Shown piece by piece: positions 27,814 to 42,570 of a DNA stretch of 64,000 nt; the first letter of the stretch is position 1; each line of letters begins with the position of its first letter. The stretch is from Eledone cirrhosa (lineage: Eukaryota): positions 122,326,001-122,390,000 of the forward strand of contig OZ024740.1 in assembly GCA_964016885.1 (NCBI GenBank), in the 5' to 3' direction. The position numbers and the translations under genes were made by a program. Under the pieces are notes generated by a model. The model searched no databases, had not been told where the DNA came from, and was given only the letters and a program-made list of their open reading frames with translations.

Positions 27814-28700
27814 CGGAGGAAATGTGGTAACGAACCAGGTGGACCATAATAACGCACCAAAGTACTCAATATTTAGGGTAGTAGAGTGGGTAATAGGAAC
27901 GAGTAGGACCCCGGCGGCTGAGCTCAAGCCGTTTCGACGGCTAATTCTGGACTAAATGAAAATGTTTATCCTGGTATTTGAATAGCCAAGCTTCTCAAGG
28001 GGTAATTCCATATATGGTAAAAGTGATTGTCACAAGGATTTGTCAAAAGTTTGTTGTTGAGACATAATAATTCTATCATGGCAATTTGTGGAGGGAAGGG
28101 GTACCTGAACCTGCCAGTAGGAGAAAGAGGGAGAGTTTGTGGAGGAAACCCAGTCATGTGTTGATAGTGCCAACTACAGCTGGGCACGAGGTCAAAGAAG
28201 ATACTAGGGAGGGGAGGGGGAGAAGGTCGAAACAATAAGTAAAACAATATGGGGTAAATATATAGAAAAATACCGAGAGTGTTAAAAAGCAATTAAATGT
28301 AAAAAAAAAATAAACAATTTATGGTTACTACGACCTAAGGACAGCTATCAAGTCTCTCACTTGTACTGCCAGGCTAAAGAAAGGTTTACTAGGTGGGACG
28401 GAATTATAATGAGACCCTTTTAAGAGGTATAAGTAATAAACCGAGTATTTCTTACGGTGACGGGTCAACAAGTGAGGGGCCAAATACTAAAGAAACTACC
28501 ACGAAATAATAAATAAAGGTTTATACCCCAGGCACAAGGCCAGCAACCACCCAGTGCAAAAAAATAAACTAATACGAAATAATAATTCAGAATCCCGAAA
28601 AAGAATACTAATACTATCTCTAAGGGTGCCGCCACGATACAAAAATTCTAGTGCAAACTACATAAATGCTCGTACGAAGTATATGTAAAATTTGATACGG
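27811..28700 (-). mobile_element. Longer copy of the 3146-3303 family abutting (TA)n
   Basis: The reverse complement of 27811-27945 aligns to 3178-3303. The right boundary is uncertain. Confidence 0.5.
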
Positions 28701-28804
28701 ACAATTAATTCAGAATCACCCCCCCCCCCCATACACACACACAAAAATAAATACTGATATACGAGAAATTAAAGCAAAGATACAACTAAGAAATATAGAA
28801 AGCG

Positions 28805-28835
<31 letters not shown>

Positions 28836-29274
28836 CGGAGAGAGAGAGAATTGGAATTCAGCTTCAGACATAGTTATATACAGATACGTATTGGAATGTT
28901 GTATTTCTAAAGCCTTAGTTATGCAAATGCCCCAGTGGTTAACGCCGTATGGTATTCCTGGCAGTAGCAAGGGGGAGAATCACCTATGCGCATTTCGAAC
29001 TGAACTGGTACGCGTCAGGCCGATCGTCCCACTCTTGCAACAGTTGGACTTTGAAAACAGGCGAGAATATATGCTTCTCTCGTCTATGTAAAAGAGATGT
29101 TTAATCTCATTCGCGTATCGGTAGTTGTCCCCCTCCTTCTGCTGGACTGCAGCAGACGAAGTTGGCCCGCTGCCGTTGTGGAATAGCTACGGCTCTCTAT
29201 ATGTTTATTTTAAATATACTGTATTTCATGTGAAATACGAAATTCCAATCTATATACATATATTTATGTATGTA

Positions 29275-29339
<65 letters not shown>

Positions 29340-29385
29340 GTATATATATGTACACATATATATATCAACGTAAATGTATGTATAA

Positions 29386-29424
<39 letters not shown>

Positions 29425-29667
29425 TGGATGCATATACATATGTACGAGTAGATGGGGCTAAATTCGTTTCTATAGCATTTACATAGATCCTGAGTCTCCC
29501 TTCTGTGAAACTATCATAATTGTTTAGAATCAACAGAGACCTTAATGTGAAACCACGCATCGCGTTTAATATATACACTCTGCCACTGCATAGAGTGCTT
29601 ATTTTTGGTTTGGAAGCTTTCTCAGTAAACCACGAATATACTGAACCACTCATTATATATATATATA

Positions 29668-29771
<104 letters not shown>

Positions 29772-29808
29772 TGTCTGTGTGTGTCTGTATGTGCGTGTGC
29801 GTGTGCGT

Positions 29809-29842
<34 letters not shown>

Positions 29843-31747
29843 TTGTTTGAAAGGAATCGAATGAAGCTGGATCTATAGTGTTTCAAGTCAAATCTCCAAT
29901 GTCAACTCTGAAAAGGTTGAAATATAAAAGTTTATATCTGAAAAAAAATAAGGGATAACAAAAATAAAGAAAGATATCTGTATATAAAAAAAAATTACGA
30001 GATTATAAGCTTACATTCGGATATAATGATTCCACTTCCAAAGGTGATTAACTCTATGAATTTTTCTATAAACGAATATATATTCTATAATGATCGGTCT
30101 TATTTGCTTTTAAAATGCCACTTAACCTGAACTCTTCAGCTTAAAATTTAGGGTTATATTGGATTGCATTGTCGTAGATACAGTCTTTGAATTCAAGACT
30201 AGGATGGTAACGATTGAAATATCTTGGATTATCGGCCTTCCTTTTTCTGAGCTCACATAATGCTCAACAAGTTTTACCACAACTAAAAGGCAAACACAAG
30301 TACATATACTCAAGTACATATGTGGTACTAAAACACTCTTAATTAAAAGAAATGTCACGCTGTGCGTATCTTTAAATTTAATCACGACTAAGATGTGTCC
30401 ATACTCTTAAAGAACACCATTGTCTATTTCAATTCACATTTAATTTAGCAGTAAATAAAATTCGAATTTGTAGTAAACATGATGGCTAAAGGTGTGGTCA
30501 CAATCGTGACTCTAAGAACAGTATAGCGTAAAGCTACAATCTTTTTTCAAATAATTAGGCTAATTCAGTTTAAATGTTATGGCTTTATGCAACTACTTAC
30601 TTACCTGCGCAATAGCACACAAACAGAACTAGAGTTGCATATAATACAACTCGAAGAGCAATGCATTCTGATTACAGAACACACACTATTTTATATAAGT
30701 GATTTGTCCCAAAAAGTACAAAGTAACAATGTTTCCCCCCAACCAAATCACAAGATAGTGTTACACTCTAAATTAATAACAACTTCAATGTCAATAATAA
30801 TGTAAATTCAGAAAGTAGTCACTAAAACGTGTTTACTGACACGCTTTCTGTAGGGATCCGATTAATTAATGAATTGCAAAGCATCTTTAGATGTGAGTAC
30901 ACATTTTCTAAATGTTTAATCATCTATTATATTATCGTTAAGAAGACAGAAGGTAACCAGGAATTATTTAATTAAATATGGAATGCAATTAGAAGTGTGT
31001 CTTGTCTTTCGAACTAAGCTTTAATTTATTATGTGTTTTGATAATATTCGACCTACTCAGTGCGACATAGTCTAGCAGTCATTGTAAGGTTTTAGAATAC
31101 GTAGAGAGATTTACAATATTCGTGAATAAACATTAAATATTAGGAAAAGAAACATTCAATATTGAGGGGCGTTCGTGTTTTCTACTCAATATTCTAAAAA
31201 GTTAAGATTTAAAAGTAAAGGCAGTTAAATAAACTATGGTGGGAAATAAACAGTAATTGAACAGGTACTTGATTACTGGGTGCAAGCTCTTTATCCATTT
31301 ACATCAACGTCAATGTACAAACATAGTTGAGTTGCTAGAATTGCGAACATCATGCATTAATCAATTTATTAGTTGTCATTTGATATTTTACTCTAACCCA
31401 CTTCTGTATTATCCAATACCATTAAACTTGACATCGATCACATGGACTTGAGTTTGTATAAGTTTTGTAATATGATGTTCGCTGAACAAGTTGTCTTAGT
31501 AATGAAATTAGTCGGGCAGAGGTAGTAAAATGCTTACATTTATGCGCTCACCTGCATATTATCAATCATTGTATACATCAACCTCATCTCCAGTGTAATA
31601 TTCATTAATATGTTGCAGAAGACTTATTGGACTGTGATATGAGTACAGTGAACTGCACAGAAACAAACACACACATAAACGCACACGCGTACACACGTAC
31701 ACACACACATACCCACACACACATACATACACACACACACATACATA

Positions 31748-31814
<67 letters not shown>

Positions 31815-31913
31815 ACACACATACACATATATATATATAAGTAGAAGTGGTATTTAATTTGTTGGAAGTCCGACAAACATAAATGTTTATAACTGATTTA
31901 GAGGACTCACCAG

Positions 31914-32940
31914 ATGCTATCCTACTCTACTACTATGAACATAGCACGAAATAAAAATAGAATTAATAATAGAAATTTAAACCCTAACCAACATAACCAA
32001 AATAGCAGTAATATCTCTAGCAATATCCAACATATAAGTACCGTTCTGAATAACAACAACTCCGCAAAATGTAACTGTAGAATTAAATTAAACTGTCCGT
32101 TACAAAATAAGTGTTTAGATAAGGACGTGGTCTATAAATGTAGTCATAACCAGTGATAATATATTTAACTATGTAGGTGCAATTTCTACAGAATTTAAAA
32201 GTCGCGGGAATAATTACAAATGCTCTTTCAAAAAATTTGATCAAACATCTTCAACTTCTCTTTCAAACCTGATATGGAACTTAAAATGCAAGAATATGGA
32301 CTATTCATTACCTTGGGAAATAATTTCAAAAAACACCCGCGTACTGAAACACAGCTTTATCTAGATTCTGCACATTGTGTGTTGAGGAAATGTTTTCATA
32401 CTTAAACGTAAGAACTCTATTAATCTAAGAACGAATTTATTTAATTCTTGTAGACATCGCCTAAATTAAACATTTAGAACTATATATAAATTATAATTAC
32501 ACTTATAATATTTCTACTTATTTCCATAACAATCTTATCCACTTGGTTTTAATATATTGATATCTCTAAAGCATATCTATAACATTTGCTATAATTTCAC
32601 TTCTTAAAGTTTTATAAAATATATAGATATATAATTCTAATTTTTTTAATTTTAATTTTAATGGTAATTTTAATCTTAATAATTTTTAATTCTTTATTTT
32701 TTATTTCTTTAATTTTGTATCTCTTTTAAAAATTACTTATCTCTTATAAATTATTTTGTTTTAATTTTCTCAAATTTTTAATATTTTTTTAATATTTTTT
32801 ATTAGATTTATAACCACTAACTGATTCTGGCTAAATATATCTTTCAACATTTATACTTATTTTGACTAAATTGTCTCATACTAACGAATAAATAAACTAA
32901 ACTGGAGTTTTTCCGTATCTTCCCAATTTAAAATATATAA
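31914..32940 (+). pseudogene. Decayed PLE 3' fragment (Cys-rich linker, GIY-YIG, AT-rich 3' UTR)
   Basis: CNCRIKLNCPLQNKCLDKDVVYKC, then after a frameshift YVGAISTEFKSR...L.WEII..C.LC..E...CRH; same organisation as the element at 35.3-35.7 kb. Confidence 0.8.
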
Positions 32941-32951
32941 ATATAAATATT

Positions 32952-33420
32952 GTGAGTATCCAGCTATTCTGTATGTAAACACACAGACAAACCGGTTTTT
33001 AGAGTCATACTGGTTTTTGAGGAAACACCTTTCCTCTATTCTCCAGAAAGCCAGACAAGGAATATTGAACTAGTTTCGTTGTTGTTACAACTCATCAGCA
33101 ATATTTACCTATCTACCGGCCTTTCTGGAGAATCGTAAAAGCACATATCGTTATATGCTTTTTCTATGAAAATTAGTAGTGGGCAGACTAATTTGCATAG
33201 AGTGTGAGTACGTACCGGTTCAACGGAGACGATAAAAACAAATAACGAAACGAAATTAAATTCCTTGTCTGGCTTTCTGGAGAATAGAGGAAAGGTGTTT
33301 CCTCAAAAACCAGTATGACTCTAAAAACCGGTTTGTCTGTGTGTTTACATACAGAATAGCTGGATACTCACAGTAAAGTAACCAGTGAAAGACTTGGTAC
33401 ATCTACATATGTATACGTGT
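32952..33420. mobile_element. Foldback (arms 32952-33063 and 33260-33373) plus ~45-bp tail
   Basis: Arms look like perfect reverse complements by eye; the spacer holds a hammerhead. Confidence 0.88.
33038..33133 (-). ncRNA. Canonical minimal type I hammerhead ribozyme
   Basis: Minus strand AATATTG CTGATGA GTTG taacaa CAAC GAAA CTAG TT CAATATT (33105-33061); outer stem ATTCTCCAGAAAG/CTTTCTGGAGAAT. Confidence 0.9.
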
Positions 33421-33970
33421 GTGTATTCATATACATACTAGTATTTCAGTATGCATATGTAGATGTACATTTTTGACTTAATATAAATATTCTTATTGAG
33501 TTAATTTAATTTAATTTAACTTCATATTTACTTACATTAAATACAAAACCAATATCACTCATAACTCATTAAAACAATTATCTCTAACATGATATACTCA
33601 TCTATTCATTTATTTATTTATTTATCTATTTATCTACTTATTACAGAAAATATTATATTAGAAACGAATTTTAAATAACTAATAATCGTAAATACACGTA
33701 CTATTAAGATATATACTTAGAATATATTTCCCCCAAAATTAACGTTATTTGAGTTTTATTCATCCTCTCTTGTCTATTTCTTCTCTCTATCTTTATCCCC
33801 TTATATATTTTCTCTCTCTCTTTCTCCAGTGTCATTTAAATAAACGGTTGTTTTTCAATTATTTACATATTCAATTGCATATTCACACATAAGTTTGAAT
33901 AATCCCTAATATATTTCCACTATCCAGTGAATTTCCAACCGATAAGGTATGATTTTCATGGGTATGTCTC

Positions 33971-34072
33971 TATTTATAAAACAAACTTTGTATTTTATTT
34001 GCTGAAAGCGTACCAATGTTGTCTTGGTAACCTTGAAATATATATAATAAAATAAATATTGTTTTATAAATA
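33971..34072 (+). ncRNA. Decayed hammerhead motif resembling the 4399 type, at the end of an AT-rich unit
   Basis: Outer stem TATTTATAAAACAA/TTGTTTTATAAATA; damaged box CTGAAAG; stem II TACCAA/TTGGTA; GAAATATATATA. Confidence 0.5.
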
Positions 34073-34093
34073 TAGTATCCATTTATTTAATAT

Positions 34094-34160
<67 letters not shown>

Positions 34161-34881
34161 TAGAAAGATTTGAATGGATACAGTTTAGTTGAAAGGAATT
34201 TATTGACATGTGTTTCTATAACAGTTACATAACCTAAAACAGCTATCTACAAACTTTTAGTTATGCAGACATTCAATATTTCAATGTTATTATTTACTGT
34301 CATTTCATCAGAATAATATTACTGAGGACCTATTTAGTTTTTATAGAGAATATTAGGAGGGAGGGGTGAAGTTGTTAGAAGAATAGTTGAAGGAGTGGTT
34401 TTTCGATAGCAGTGAGAATTCTTGGTGGCAGTGAGTAATTAGATTCCCATCTGTTGTTTTGACATTTTTTATAGAATATATTATTGGTTATTTTTCTAAA
34501 TCTATAGAAGGATTAGAGATAGTAAAGATATGCGTGGTTGGTTTTGTGTTTGCACTTAATTAACATTCAGACTTAAATTTTTCTTTCAAGTGTACGTATC
34601 CTTTCACCCACGCATTCACACACAAATATATTTGCACACCTCTACAAAATACATATACTCACAATTCACATATTCATACTTACATATATATACACATGCA
34701 TACACATATATATACACACATGTATTCATATACATACATACGCGCTCATGTGTATACATTTTCATACTCAACTTATCTTTATATACACAGTATAGACACA
34801 CTCATATATACATACATACTCTAGTCCATGTGTACACACATACACATACTTACACATCCATATACACATATATACATACAT

Positions 34882-34962
<81 letters not shown>

Positions 34963-35283
34963 CACATATACATACACATACATATACACACATATACATA
35001 CATATATATATATAAGCACTTTAATACATGAATACACTTACATCTAACTATACACATCAAACATATATATATATTTACTTATTTATATACATTTTCACAT
35101 ATATATACATACTTATGGACGTTTTTAGACACATTCATTATCGCATATTTGTACCTATTCTCATCAGCATATCTTTTCATTATTAGTATGGTAATTTAAG
35201 GTTATTAATATATGTTGAGAAGAGATTGTTTTTATATTTTTCTAACTAGATTAAGGTTTATATAGTTGGGGGATGTCCCTCTT

Positions 35284-37604
35284 TTATGTAATATTCGGCT
35301 TGTAGTGGGAAAAAAGGGTTTTAGTTCTGTGACGGCAGAATAATGTTCGTTCAATTCTGTTATTCAGCAGTTTCTTCTTGTGTGTGATTATGTAATAAAT
35401 CTCAAGATTACACAATTTGCAGAAATTTTGGCTCCTGGAAAAGCTTTGGGTTTTAGCTAATTTTTCCCATTTTAGGGTAAACTTTTGGTCGCTATCCCTG
35501 AGCGTGCAAGCTTTTTCTGCTAAAGTTGTTACATTTCTTTGGCTCTGGTGTTTTATTGAGTAAGAATGCCTATACAATCGAGATTTAAACGATGTTGCCG
35601 TTGATCCCACGTAATACCACTCGTTGCCTCCGGATTTAATGGTACACTTATAAATAATATTTTTTTCCAGGCAGTTATTGCCGAGGGGCAGTTGTCAGGA
35701 TAGGTGCAGTTACAGTTGTGTACGTTGGGTTTTCTCTGGAGTAGTATTGCGGACGAACTTAGGTGTGGTTTATTTATGTTCTGTAGTGTATTGTCTACTG
35801 TTTTTTTTGTGTTCTTTGTACTTAAGTTCTTAGTGTTTTCGTTTAACCTTCTAGTATTGATCTTTTTTATGTGTTGTTCAAGGTTTAACGCTGTAGAGTA
35901 TGACAGTCTTATAGTGGTAGGGTTTAGGATTTTGTGGTATTTGTGTGATGTGGGAAAATGTCTTTTAATTATTTTAAAGAAGAGTACTGGTAAATTTGTA
36001 CTAATGGAGCTATTGTATTCGGGGTTATACCATAAGTACTCTTTGCATCGCTTTCTATTAGTTTTGTTTGTTGGTTTACTGGTGTGCATACTATGGTAGT
36101 AAGTGTGGTTTGGTGTTGTGTTATTATATCTACCTATGTGGGATTTATTTTGGGTGTTTTGATTGTTCCCATCTATGTACTCTATTTTGTTGAGGTAGCC
36201 TGCTTTACTAAGGGCGTTATCGTAGTACTCGGCGTGTTCCTTAAATACTTGTATGTTAGAAGATAGACTCGAGATTCTAAGGGAAATATTTTTAGGGATA
36301 GATTTAATTATAGAGATGGGGTGGTTAGACCCAACATTTACGTATTTGAGATTTTCATTCAATTTATGAAACGGTTTAATCAGACCAGAGTTTAAATTGA
36401 GTGTGACATCCAGGAAGTTAACTACTTTAAGGTTGTATTCATATGTTATAGTTAGTCCTATTTCGAGTAGTAGTTTTCTTATATCTTTGCGTAGTTTTTC
36501 TAGTTTTTGGTTATTAAGGTTTTTAGCTAGGAGGAGAACATCGTCGCGGTATATTCCGCCGTGGAGATTGCTGAATTTTTCCTGGAGTCTAAAGGCGATA
36601 AATAACCCCACAATATCAGTTATTTCCGCCGAATCGTTAGAGCCCATTGTTATGTCAAAGTTAGAGGGTCTATCTTTACGTACCCAATAACTGTTCTCAA
36701 ATTTGACAATAGTTTTCCTAGCTTCTAATATAATCTTAATTTCATCGTTTGTAAGGTCAGAGTTATCCTTAGCAAACTTAATGGCTCTATTCAAAGTTTC
36801 AGGTGATATCGATGAGTAATATTCATCGATATCAAACTGGATAAACTTAGATTTATTCTTATTGCTAATGCTATTAAACCATCTTATTGCTTCTTGGGTC
36901 TTCCCCCAGAGTTTAATGTTAACCTTAGCCTTAATTTGGGGGATGATTCTATCTAAGATATATTTGCTTATTTTACCTATATCTGATTTAGAGGGGCAGA
37001 TTAATCTAATTTTAGGGTCATTATCAAAGTTTACCTTGTGGTCCTTAAGATTGAAGGTGGGTACCGCCGGTAAGAGTGGTCCTGTCCTATCTTCGATTCC
37101 GAGATTTTTCACTATTTCGCATGCCTCATCATTGATGTGCTTAAGGGTTACTTCACTCGTTTTTCTATATTTTTTATGTAATTCTTTTCGAATGAAGTTG
37201 TTGTATGTAGTGCAATCCATAGTGTACAGGTTTGATGTTTTGTCCGCTTTTACTACAATTCCTTTGGTGTTTTTAAGGTCGTCCAGTAGTTTTTTTATAT
37301 CTTTCTGTAATTTGCTGTTGGTGTTGCGTCCTTTGAATTTAATTTTAAGGATTAAGTTCATAAGGTCCTGCTCAAATGCATCTAATAGTGGGTTGGTGGG
37401 TGGGTTTTTACAAGTCCTAAAACCGAATTTGTTGTTTACACCACTTTCTAATGTTGAGTTCATACGGCTTCTATCATAGTGGAGCGTTTTCCACCTGACA
37501 CGTCGAATGAATTCATTAGTTTTTTGAATCATGCTCAATAAATATTCCTTTCTACCTTGGGTTGGTATGTTTTTGAGTGACATATCCAGGTAGTGTTTTT
37601 CCAT
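35284..37604 (-). CDS. PLE polyprotein: reverse transcriptase plus GIY-YIG endonuclease (~773 aa if one homopolymer frameshift near 35686 is repaired)
   Basis: KADKT, RLI.P, FDI..YY.SI, MGS, IYRDD, NFLDV.L, YV...SNHP, W.NP. The inverted copy reads CNCTYPDNCPLGNNCLEKNIIYKC...YYVGST..FK.R..RH in one frame. Confidence 0.9.
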
Positions 37605-39172
37605 TGTTGTGGTTGCGTTTGCTGTGTGGGTTGCTCGACTTTACAGGAGGTAAATATACAGTATTTTCCGTTGTGTTGTAATATAAATATTACACACAGT
37701 AGATTATCAGCTCACGTAGAGTTTGCTCGACGGTTCCAGTTGTAGTTCCAAAAGTAATCCGGAGAAAAATAGAAAGATTTGAATGGATACAGTTTAGTTG
37801 AAAGGAATTTATTGACACGTGTTTCTATAACAGTTACATAACCTAAAACAGCTATCTACAAACTTTTAGTTATGCAGACATTCAATATTTCAATGTTATT
37901 ATTTACTGTCATTTCATCAGAATAATATTACTGAGGACCTATTTAGTTTTCATAGAGAATATTAGGAGGGAGGGGTGAAGTTGTTAGAAGAATAGTTGAA
38001 GGAGTGGTTTTTCGATAGCAGTGAGAATTCTTGGTGGCAGTGAGTAATTAGATTCCCATCTGTTGTTTTGACATTTTTTATAGAATATATTATTGGTTAT
38101 TTTTCTAAATCTATAGAAGGATTAGAGATAGTAAAGATATGCGTGGTTGGTTTTGTGTTTGCACTTAATTAACATTTTCCCACATCACACAAATACCACA
38201 AAATCCTAAACCCTACCACTATAAGACTGTCATACTCTACAGCGTTAAACCTTGAACAACACATAAAAAAGATCAATACTAGAAGGTTAAACGAAAACAC
38301 TAAGAACTTAAGTACAAAGAACACAAAAAAAAACAGTAGACAATACACTACAGAACATAAATAAACCACACCTAAGTTCGTCCGCAATACTACTCCAGAG
38401 AAAACCCAACGTACACAACTGTAACTGCACCTATCCTGACAACTGCCCCCTCGGCAATAACTGCCTGGAAAAAAATATTATTTATAAGTGTACCATTAAA
38501 TCCGGAGGCAACGAGTGGTATTACGTGGGATCAACGGCAACATCGTTTAAATCTCGATTGTATAGGCATTCTTACTCAATAAAACACAAGAGCCAAAGAA
38601 ATGTAACAACTTTAGCAGAAAAAGCTTGGACGCTCAGGGATAGCGACCAAAAGTTTACCCTAAAATGGGAAAAATTAGCTAAAACCCAAAGCTTTTCCAG
38701 GAGCCAAAATTTCTGCAAATTGTGTAATCTTGAGATTTATTACATAATCACACACAAGAAGAAACTGCTGAATAACAGAATTGAACGAACATTATTCTGC
38801 CGTCACAGAACTAAAACCCTTTTTTCCCACTACAAGCCGAATATTACATAAAAGAGGGACATCCCCCAACTATATAAACCTTAATCTAGTTAGAAAAATA
38901 TAAAAACAATCTCTTCTCAACATATATTAATAACCTTAAATTACCATACTAATAATGAAAAGATATGCTGATGAGAATAGGTACAAATATGCGATAATGA
39001 ATGTGTCTAAAAACGTCCATAAGTATGTATATATATGTGAAAATGTATATAAATAAGTAAATATATATATATGTTTGATGTGTATAGTTAGATGTAAGTG
39101 TATTCATGTATTAAAGTGCTTATATATATATATGTATGTATATGTGTGTATATGTATGTGTATGTATATGTG

Positions 39173-39273
<101 letters not shown>

Positions 39274-39744
39274 ATATGTGTATATGGATGTGTAAGTATG
39301 TGTATGTGTGTACACATGGACTAGAGTATGTATGTATATATGAGTGTGTCTATACGTGTGTATATAAAGATAAGTTGAGTATGAAAATGTATACACATGA
39401 GCGCGTATGTATGTATTTTGTAGAGGTGTGCAAATATATTTGTGTGTGAATGCGTGGGTGAAAGGATACGTACACTTGAAAGAAAAATTTAAGTCTGAAT
39501 GTTAATTAAGTGCAAACACAAAACCAACCACGCATATCTTTACTATCTCTAATCCTTCTATAGATTTAGAAAAATAACCAATAATATATTCTATAAAAAA
39601 TGTCAAAACAACAGATGGGAATCTAATTACTCACTGCCACCAAGAATTCTCACTGCTATCGAAAAACCACTCCTTCAACTATTCTTCTAACAACTTCACC
39701 CCTCCCTCCTAATATTCTCTATAAAAACTAAATAGGTCCTCAGT

Positions 39745-39871
39745 AATATTATTCTGATGAAATGACAGTAAATAATAACATTGAAATATTGAATGTCTGC
39801 ATAACTAAAAGTTTGTAGATAGCTGTTTTAGGTTATGTAACTGTTATAGAAACACGTGTCAATAAATTCCT
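39745..39871 (+). ncRNA. pLTR hammerhead with long branched stem II (further copies on minus at ~34195-34320 and ~37803-37930)
   Basis: TTATT CTGATGA(39754-60) a ATGACAGT..two hairpins..ACTGTTAT a GAAA(39849-52) CACGTG TC AATAA. Confidence 0.75.
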
Positions 39872-40096
39872 TTCAACTAAACTGTATCCATTCAAATCTT
39901 TCTATTTTTCTCCGGATTACTTTTGGAACTACAACTGGAACCGTCGAGCAAACTCTACGTGAGCTGATAATCTACTGTGTGTAATATTTATATTACAACA
40001 CAACGGAAAATACTGTATATATACATATATATGTATATATATATACATATATAGTTGAAAGGGAGGGGTAAAGTTCTATGCAAATGAAAGGTTATA

Positions 40097-41358
40097 GAAA
40101 TAATGAAAATACCTTAAAATTTCAAACAAATGTATGTTAATATGTGCTAGGACCGCCTTTGGCAGTAATTACAGCCTCAATTCTACGAGGTATGCACTCG
40201 TACAACGTTTGAATTGTTTCCAAAGAAATGTTTGTCCATTCTTCAGCTAAAATAGTCTGCAGCTCTTGTAGTGATGATGGTGGAGGATATCGACTCCTTA
40301 CTTTTTTTATAAAATGTTCCATAAATGTTCAATAATATTGAGATCTGAGGACTGTGGTGGCCAGATAAGATGTTCAACTTCACTGGAATGTTCCTCGTGC
40401 CATTCAGTAACGACTTTAGCTCTGTGAATTCATCAATATCATCCTGAAAGTTTGCGTTTCCCTCCGGACTCCGGAAACAGTTCCGCAATCATAGGATGAA
40501 TTTGATCAGATAAAATACTTAAATAGTCTTGATTATTAATTCTGCCATGAACGGAAATCATTGTGCAGGCGGATTTCCAAAATATAGCCCCCCAGATCAT
40601 GACAGATCCTCCTCCATGTTTAACAGTTGGAAGAAGGCAGTCTGGGTCAAATAGTTCTTTTGGCTGTCTCCAAACATATACTCGGCCGGTGGTCGGAAAT
40701 AAGGTAAAGGATGACTCGTCCGAGAAAATAACATTCTTCCACTGCTCTAGGGACCAATTCTGTAGGATTTTACTCCACTCTAAACGCTTTGCAACATTTG
40801 TTTTTGAAAGTAGTGGTTTCTGATTGCAGCCCTTCCGTGAAATCCGACTTTATGCAGCTCCCGGCGAACAGTTTTTTTGGAAACTGGGTTATCGAGGTGG
40901 TCATTAAGCTCTTCAGTAATTTTGGGAGCTGTACTTTTGTGATCCTTTCTAACAATTCGCGTAAGAGTCCAACGGTCCCTATCTGAAAGTTTTGGTTTTC
41001 TTCCGGAGTTTTGTTTCGACGAGGAGGTTTTTCCCTCTTTCTCAAAGGCTGTCATTACTTTCGAGACAGTACTTCTTGATACACCAAACATTTCGGCTGT
41101 TTTCGTTACGCTAGCGCCAACCATACGAGTACCAACAATTTGACCTCTTTGAAAGTCCGATAGATCTGTCATTTTAATGAATTTTAATTACCTTTTTCTG
41201 ATGATATCTGAAAAGAAACAGCAATTTTAACAAAACATTTTAAGCAACACTAATAATAAATAAAAAAACATAAAAATAACCAAGCTTTTGACGGTTTTTT
41301 AGATATTTCAAAATTATGATGCTATGATTCTATGTTTTCCCATTATTTTGTCCAACCC

Positions 41359-41361
<3 letters not shown>
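40097..41361 (-). mobile_element. Tc1-family DNA transposon with frameshifted transposase
   Basis: HTH region MTDLSDFQRGQIVG...GVSRSTVS, then FSDESSF, FQDD and SPDLNIIEHLW. TIR TA|CAGGGGTTGGACAAAATAATG at the right end; the left TIR is only partial. Confidence 0.9.
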
Positions 41362-41405
<44 letters not shown>

Positions 41406-41418
41406 GAGGGGGGGCGTG

Positions 41419-41490
<72 letters not shown>

Positions 41491-41497
41491 TGTGTGT

Positions 41498-41590
<93 letters not shown>

Positions 41591-41774
41591 CGTGTCTGTT
41601 TTGTGTGTGCGTGTGTGTGTTAAAATAATGGACTAAGGTTCAGTAGTGGAGGAATGACAGAAGATATAAGTTATGAGTGAGTGATTTGGATTCAGTTATA
41701 ACTCTTGGTATTGGGTAGAGGGATATGGGATGTGTCAAAGAAATTATATTCTAAGAATATGTTTTGAGAGGGTA

Positions 41775-42090
41775 TATGCGTGTGTATTTGTGAGTATGAG
41801 GAAAATAAATTTGTCAGAATTTTATTTTTAGGGTGACATGTCATGGTTGTTTTTAGAAAAAAAATTAGATATATATATATGTATGTATTTGTTGTAATTT
41901 TGTATCATGGTGTGTATTGTGTGTGTGTTTTTAGTTTGTTCGTCACAGATCTTTTTTTGGTGGGTATTTAAAAAAGCACTAAGAACGGTATTGTGTTAGT
42001 GATGGTTTTCAAAAGCAACCATGACATATATCCGTCAAATTAAATCTCAAACATAGTTGTTTCCTCACACCCATTGCACACACACACACA
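41775..42090. repeat. Old diverged foldback
   Basis: ATGTCATGGTTGTTTTTAGAAAA (~41838) mirrors TTTTCAAAAGCAACCATGACAT (~42006), with weaker similarity further out. Confidence 0.45.
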
Positions 42091-42570
42091 CGCACGCACA
42101 ACCAATATAATTGAATGTTAATAAAATACCAACTTTACTCAGACACCTCTCGAAATTTGATTTTGTTATTAGCCATACTCAATTTTTCTTTTCTCCATTC
42201 TTTTTCTGCCCAACCATTTTTGGTACAAAAATTACTATCGCGTGTTTCAACCAATTTTAGGTCACTTTTTCTGACGCAAAATGTACGGTACCTACCCATG
42301 TGATTGTCATCAACCGAAAAAATTGCATTTTAAACAAATAGCCACCGGAGTCATGCTTTTTGTATGAAACAGAATGGATTTCCGAATATCATATAGATGC
42401 GGAACACACAAAAATAGAAACACAAAGAATCCATCTCAATTTTACTTTTGATAATAATAAGAACAGCGAAACCGGTAAAGTAAATAAATATTGTTAAAAA
42501 CTGCAGTTTCATTTTCAAATTATTTTCCTTATAGTGTTACCCTTATGGGGCATATATGTATATATATATA

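Noticed and set aside
29455-29545. Minus-strand CTGTTGA...GAAACGAATTTA motif
   Set aside because: Core mutation and weak stems; it cannot be distinguished from chance.
42120-42560. Non-autonomous DNA transposon (similar hint at 59700-59830)
   Set aside because: Only vague motif resemblance; no termini could be defined.
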